DNA from: Acidimicrobiia bacterium
GTDB lineage: Bacteria; Actinomycetota; Acidimicrobiia; Acidimicrobiales; Acidimicrobilacustridaceae
Length of the DNA stretch: 41,952 bases
Assembly: GCA_016462055.1 (NCBI GenBank)
Contig: JAEMTX010000001.1
Span: 6,612 to 48,563 of the forward strand
Direction of reading: 5' to 3'
Positions 37,589 through 41,952 of the stretch are shown here, piece after piece. The position numbers and the translations under genes were made by a program. The first letter of the stretch is position 1, and each line of letters opens with the position of its first letter. Below the pieces are notes generated by a model that worked only from the letters and a program-made list of their open reading frames with translations, did no database searches and had not been told where the DNA came from.

Positions 37589-38449
37589 ATGTCAGATCTG
37601 CTTCAGCCGCCCCGAGTCGTTGTCGTTGATGCGGTCGAACGTGCCCTCGCCGAGGATCTCACGCCACTTGGCGACCTCACTTCTGCACTCCTTCCCCAAG
37701 ACTTGGTTGCCACCGCGCGCTTCGTAGCTCGCAGCAATGGCGTCGTCGCCGGCCGACTTTGTGCGGCGGAAACATTCGTGCAGGTCGATCCATCTGTGGT
37801 TCTCGAATGGTCGGTCACTGATGGTGACACGGTGAGTCCCGGTTCAGTGATCGCAAGGGCGACTGGTTGCTTGGCATCGATCCTGACAGCAGAACGAACG
37901 GCACTGAACTTTCTTGGACACCTTTCGGGCATCGCGACGCGAACAAGTGAGTACGTCGCTGAGGCCGCGAAGGGTGGCAGCGCGTATGTGTGGGACACGC
38001 GAAAGACCACGCCTGGATTGCGGGTTCTTGAAAAGGCTGCGGTTCGCGCCGGCGGTGGACGTAATCATCGCGGCAATCTTTCCGACTGGATTCTTCTGAA
38101 AGACAACCACATTGCGTTGTTTGGCATCACCGACGCAGTTGCCCGTTCTCGTTCAATGTGGCCAGCACGAACGGTCCATGTTGAATGCGACACGATTGAG
38201 CAAGTTCACGAAGCACTCGCGGCGGGTGCAGACGCGTTGCTGCTCGACAACATGACGACCGACATGATTCGTGAATGTGTGGCAGTCGCTTCTGCTTCTC
38301 AGCACCGTCCGTTGCTCGAAGCATCTGGCGGGATCACTCTCGAAACGATCGCGTCGTATAGCGCCGCGGGTGTCGATTGCATTTCGGTCGGTGGACTCAC
38401 GAATTCTGCTCCGGTCCTCGATATTGGACTCGACATCGACCCGGCATGA
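37589..38449 (+). CDS. nadC: Quinolinate phosphoribosyltransferase
   Basis: ERTALN, DTRKTTPG, NHR, LKDNH, LLDN and EASGG motifs. Start re-called to ATG 37589. Confidence 0.96.
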   Translation: MSDLLQPPRVVVVDAVERALAEDLTPLGDLTSALLPQDLVATARFVARSNGVVAGRLCAAETFVQVDPSVVLEWSVTDGDTVSPGSVIARATGCLASILTAERTALNFLGHLSGIATRTSEYVAEAAKGGSAYVWDTRKTTPGLRVLEKAAVRAGGGRNHRGNLSDWILLKDNHIALFGITDAVARSRSMWPARTVHVECDTIEQVHEALAAGADALLLDNMTTDMIRECVAVASASQHRPLLEASGGITLETIASYSAAGVDCISVGGLTNSAPVLDIGLDIDPA

Positions 38450-38463
38450 CGGAGGAACAACGG

Positions 38464-39258
38464 ATGCTTCTCGCTGTTGATGCAGGAAATACACAAACGG
38501 TTGTAGGTCTTTACGACCTCGATGGCGGAACCGCAGCTGGGCGTCGTCCAGAAGCCGGCCTTCTTGACCATTGGCGAATTTCCACTGCTGCCGATCGCAC
38601 CGGCGATGAGTACGCGGTCATGCTGCAGGGCTTTCTCGCCCTCCGTCGAAACAGTTTTTCGGATATCGATGGAATTGTAATTTCCTCTGGTGTTCCGCAA
38701 GTCACCGCCACGTTGCGTCAGGTCACTGCGCGTCACTTGGATTTTGAGCCAATCGTCATTGGCCCCGGCGTTCGCTCGGGCATCCGCATTGATTACGACA
38801 ACCCCAAAGAGGTCGGTGCCGATCGCATCGCGAATGCCGTTGGCGCGTATGACCTTTACGGTGGGCCGACGATCATCGCTGATTTCGGAACGGCAACGAC
38901 CTGCGATGCCGTTTCTGAAGACGGCGTCTACCTCGGTGGCGCGATCGCGCCTGGCGTCGAAATCTCGATGGATGCATTGGTCGGCCGGGCGTCGGCACTG
39001 CGAGCGGTGGAACTGACAGCACCGCGCAACGTTCTGGGAAAGTCCACGGTGGAATCGATTCAGTCGGGCGCTGTCTACGGATTCGCTGCGCAGGTCGACG
39101 GTTTATGCGATCTGATCGAAGCGGAACTCGGAACATGCACGGTGATTTCCACCGGGGGACTTGCGGAAACAATTACGCCGTTCTCAAAGCGCATTCAACA
39201 CACCGAACCGTGGTTGACGCTTCACGGTCTTCGGCTGATTTACGAAAAGAACGTCTGA
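38464..39258 (+). CDS. coaX: Type III pantothenate kinase
   Basis: VDAGNT, VGADR, DFGTATT, GGAIAPG and TGG motifs. GGAGG SD before ATG 38464 (38446 is an alternative). Confidence 0.95.
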   Translation: MLLAVDAGNTQTVVGLYDLDGGTAAGRRPEAGLLDHWRISTAADRTGDEYAVMLQGFLALRRNSFSDIDGIVISSGVPQVTATLRQVTARHLDFEPIVIGPGVRSGIRIDYDNPKEVGADRIANAVGAYDLYGGPTIIADFGTATTCDAVSEDGVYLGGAIAPGVEISMDALVGRASALRAVELTAPRNVLGKSTVESIQSGAVYGFAAQVDGLCDLIEAELGTCTVISTGGLAETITPFSKRIQHTEPWLTLHGLRLIYEKNV

Positions 39259-39274
39259 CGCTTCGCTTCGCTGG

Positions 39275-40300
39275 TTAGGCCGCAGAGCGAACAGTTCCGA
39301 GCAAATGTTCGGCAGCAGCTTCGAGAGCGGTGACTGCTTCGGTGCCCGCGTGCGGAGCCAGTGCACGCTGGCCCGCTTCAACATAGGAACGAGCGGTGTC
39401 AAGCGAGTCTTTGACCGACAGTGATGAACGCAACAGCGTTCGAGCACGACCAAGCGTGTCGGGATCTTCGACCGGTTCGATGGAACCGTCGGTAGGAGCA
39501 AGTTTCACAAGCAGCGAACGCAGTTCATCGGCTTCGGCGCCGCCAGCAGCAAGTGTGCGAATCACGGGAAGGGTGTAGGTGCCTTCGACGAGGTCGTGGC
39601 CCGCAGGTTTTCCGAGTTCTTCATCGGTGGATGTGACATCGAGGAGATCGTCGACGATCTGGAATGCCATTCCGAACGAATTGCCGAACGTGGTGAGCGC
39701 ATCGATCTGAGGGCGAGGAAGGTTGGCGACAATTCCACCGACGCGACATGCCGTGCCGAGCAGTGATGCGGTCTTGCCATCGATGGAGCGCAGGTAAGCG
39801 TCTTCGGTGCGGTCCATGCTGAACGCGTGTTGCAGTTCAAGAATTTGGCCCTCGCACAGTTTGGCGATGGTTGCTGCGAGTAATCCGGCAACTTCGGTTC
39901 CGAGCGACGCAGCAATCTCAGACGCTTTTGCCAGCAAGTAGTCGCCAGCAAGGATTGCCTTGAGGTTGCCCCAACGAGCGTTGACGCTTTCGACGGTGCG
40001 ACGGGTCGTAGCATCGTCCATAACGTCGTCGTGATAGAGCGATCCGAGGTGGACCAGCTCGACCGAGACAGCGCCCATGATCACCTCAGGGGTGGCGGCA
40101 CTCATTTCAGCGGCTGAGGTTGCTGCCGAAGTGACGCAGAAGGCAGGACGAACGCGTTTGCCGCCGGCGAGAATTAAGTGGCTGGCGACCTCGGTCAGAA
40201 ACGGGTCTTCGGTAACCACCGCGGCCTGCAGTGCATTCTCAACTCGCGCAAGGTCAGCCTGAAGAACGGGCAACTGGAGGAGGGGAGAGGCGCTGGCCAT
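39275..40300 (-). CDS. Polyprenyl diphosphate synthase
   Basis: GGKRVRP, first Asp-rich motif HDDVMD..TRR, KTASL and second motif FQIVDDLLD. TAACGT lies 6 nt before the ATG. Confidence 0.94.
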   Translation of the reverse strand: MASASPLLQLPVLQADLARVENALQAAVVTEDPFLTEVASHLILAGGKRVRPAFCVTSAATSAAEMSAATPEVIMGAVSVELVHLGSLYHDDVMDDATTRRTVESVNARWGNLKAILAGDYLLAKASEIAASLGTEVAGLLAATIAKLCEGQILELQHAFSMDRTEDAYLRSIDGKTASLLGTACRVGGIVANLPRPQIDALTTFGNSFGMAFQIVDDLLDVTSTDEELGKPAGHDLVEGTYTLPVIRTLAAGGAEADELRSLLVKLAPTDGSIEPVEDPDTLGRARTLLRSSLSVKDSLDTARSYVEAGQRALAPHAGTEAVTALEAAAEHLLGTVRSAA

Positions 40301-40462
40301 GGATCCACGTTAGGCCCGCAGCCGGTTCGGACCTCAACCGGGCGGACAGGTTGAGAACTGCTTGTGACAAAGGCACGGTGAACGTGGATTTCCGACGAGG
40401 CGATCTCGAAGGTGATGGGTACACTCATCTCACTTATCCCCGTCTGGGAAGCAGGTCACAAA

Positions 40463-41952
40463 GTGTTTGAACGGTTCACCGATAGGGCCCGCAGGGTCGT
40501 CGTGCTCGCACAAGAAGAAGCGCGACTCCTGAACCACAACTACATCGGCACCGAGCACATCTTGCTCGGGCTGATCCACGAGGGTGAAGGCGTTGCCGCC
40601 AAGGCCCTTGAGTCTCTCGGCATTTCGCTCGAGGCCGTGCGTTCGCAGGTCGAAGAAATCATCGGTCAGGGCGGTTCATCGCCGAGCGGTCACATCCCGT
40701 TCACTCCGCGTGCCAAGAAAGTTCTCGAACTGTCGCTGCGTGAAGCACTGCAGCTTGGGCACAACTACATCGGCACCGAACACATTCTTCTTGGTCTCAT
40801 CCGTGAGGGCGAAGGCGTTGCTGCTCAGGTGCTCGTCAAACTTGGCGCCGACCTTTCTCGCGTTCGCCAGCAAGTCATTCAGTTGCTTTCTGGCTATTCC
40901 GGTCCTGGTCCGCAACAGGGCGAGAAGGCCGGAGCCGCCACTGGCGGTTCGAGCGAAGCATCACCGAGCGGTTCGGCAGTTCTCGATCAGTTCGGTCGCA
41001 ATCTCACGCAACTCGCTCGCGAAAAGAAACTCGATCCGGTTATCGGTCGTGCGCGCGAAACCGAACGCGTCATGCAGGTCCTCAGTCGTCGAACCAAGAA
41101 CAACCCTGTTCTTATCGGCGAGCCCGGTGTTGGCAAGACTGCAATCGTCGAAGGTCTTGCTCAAGCAATCGCGTCTGATCAAGTTCCGGAAACATTGCAC
41201 GGCAAGCAGCTGTACACGCTCGATCTCGGCGCGCTGGTTGCTGGCTCGCGTTACCGCGGCGATTTCGAAGAGCGTCTTAAAAAGGTGCTCAAAGAAATTA
41301 AGACACGCGGCGACATCATTTTGTTCATCGACGAAATCCACACCCTCGTTGGTGCTGGTGCCGCCGAAGGCGCCATCGATGCGGCCAGCATTCTCAAGCC
41401 AATGCTTGCTCGTGGTGAACTCCAAACCATTGGTGCCACCACACTCGACGAATACCGCAAGCATCTCGAAAAGGACGCTGCACTCGAGCGTCGGTTCCAG
41501 CCGATCAAGGTTGAAGAGCCCACCGTCGCCCACACCATTGAAATTCTCAAGGGTTTGCGCGATCGCTACGAAACCCATCATCGCGTCACCATCACTGATC
41601 AAGCACTTGTTGCTGCGGCCAACTTGGCCGACCGCTACATCGCCGATCGTTTCCTTCCCGACAAAGCCATCGACCTCATCGACGAAGCCGGCTCGCGTTT
41701 GCGCATTAAGCGCATGGAAACGCCACCCGATTTCAAGGAACTCGAAAACGAAATCACCAAGGTCGTAACCGAGAAGAAGGAAGCGGTCGAGGCTCAGCAG
41801 TTTGAAGAGGCCGGTCGTCTGCGCGATCGCGAGAAGGAACTTCTTGCGCAGAAAGAAACCAAAGAGCAGGAAATGAAGGACTCCGGCATCGACTTGTTCG
41901 ACGAGGTCGACGAAGAAGCCATCGCCGAGGTGCTTTCACTCTGGACCGGCAT
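40463..41952 (+). CDS. clpC: ATP-dependent Clp protease ATP-binding subunit ClpC (3' truncated)
   Basis: Not in the ORF track because there is no stop. [22 protein letters not shown], two [13 protein letters not shown] Clp-N repeats, [14 protein letters not shown] and PDKAID. TACACT at 40420. Confidence 0.97.
   Translation, partial: MFERFTDRARRVVVLAQEEARLLNHNYIGTEHILLGLIHEGEGVAAKALESLGISLEAVRSQVEEIIGQGGSSPSGHIPFTPRAKKVLELSLREALQLGHNYIGTEHILLGLIREGEGVAAQVLVKLGADLSRVRQQVIQLLSGYSGPGPQQGEKAGAATGGSSEASPSGSAVLDQFGRNLTQLAREKKLDPVIGRARETERVMQVLSRRTKNNPVLIGEPGVGKTAIVEGLAQAIASDQVPETLHGKQLYTLDLGALVAGSRYRGDFEERLKKVLKEIKTRGDIILFIDEIHTLVGAGAAEGAIDAASILKPMLARGELQTIGATTLDEYRKHLEKDAALERRFQPIKVEEPTVAHTIEILKGLRDRYETHHRVTITDQALVAAANLADRYIADRFLPDKAIDLIDEAGSRLRIKRMETPPDFKELENEITKVVTEKKEAVEAQQFEEAGRLRDREKELLAQKETKEQEMKDSGIDLFDEVDEEAIAEVLSLWTG

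Noticed and set aside
40535-40800. Direct repeat CACAACTACATCGGCACCGA (40535 and 40760)
   Set aside because: It encodes the two normal Clp N-domain repeats and is not mobile or CRISPR-like.
40584-41768. 394-aa + strand ORF in the track
   Set aside because: Out-of-frame shadow of clpC, which starts at 40463 and runs off the window.
1-41952. Numerous 60-250 aa antisense or alternate-frame ORFs
   Set aside because: Expected shadows in GC-rich coding DNA; each overlaps a well-supported gene and shows no recognisable motif.

Overview
Core-chromosome segment of an actinobacterium, most likely Acidimicrobiia (inferred from gene order and protein style; no search was run). Left to right: 3' end of glnA, secreted DUF1524/HNH-Excalibur lipoprotein, nitroreductase, amidohydrolase, glnE, nadE, a short primary-type sigma70, a HAD hydrolase plus Ssd/Tad (Flp pilus) locus, DUF1998 DEAH helicase, BldG-like STAS protein, nhaA, acyl-CoA dehydrogenase, cupin, topA, MFS, tmk, holB, tRNA-Thr(CGT), SigH/SigR-RsrA, tilS-hpt, the fol-pan-nad-coaX cluster, polyprenyl synthase and the 5' part of clpC. 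I see no transposase, integrase, CRISPR array or recognisable defence system. The ORF track misses five coding regions: the glnA end, a Flp pilin, 24-aa and 44-aa membrane peptides, and clpC. The most interesting signals are (1) a redox ECF sigma gene starting 3 nt after a CCA-less tRNA, suggesting tRNA processing makes its mRNA 5' end; (2) a phosphatase-fold protein lacking the catalytic Cys, coupled between folP and folB, a candidate for the unassigned folate dephosphorylation step; (3) pervasive leaderless promoters; (4) unannotated small membrane proteins; (5) a BldG-like protein with Pro in place of the phospho-Ser and no adjacent anti-sigma. All five are hypotheses from reading the sequence. 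Many CDS starts below are my re-calls and are shorter than the ORF track.
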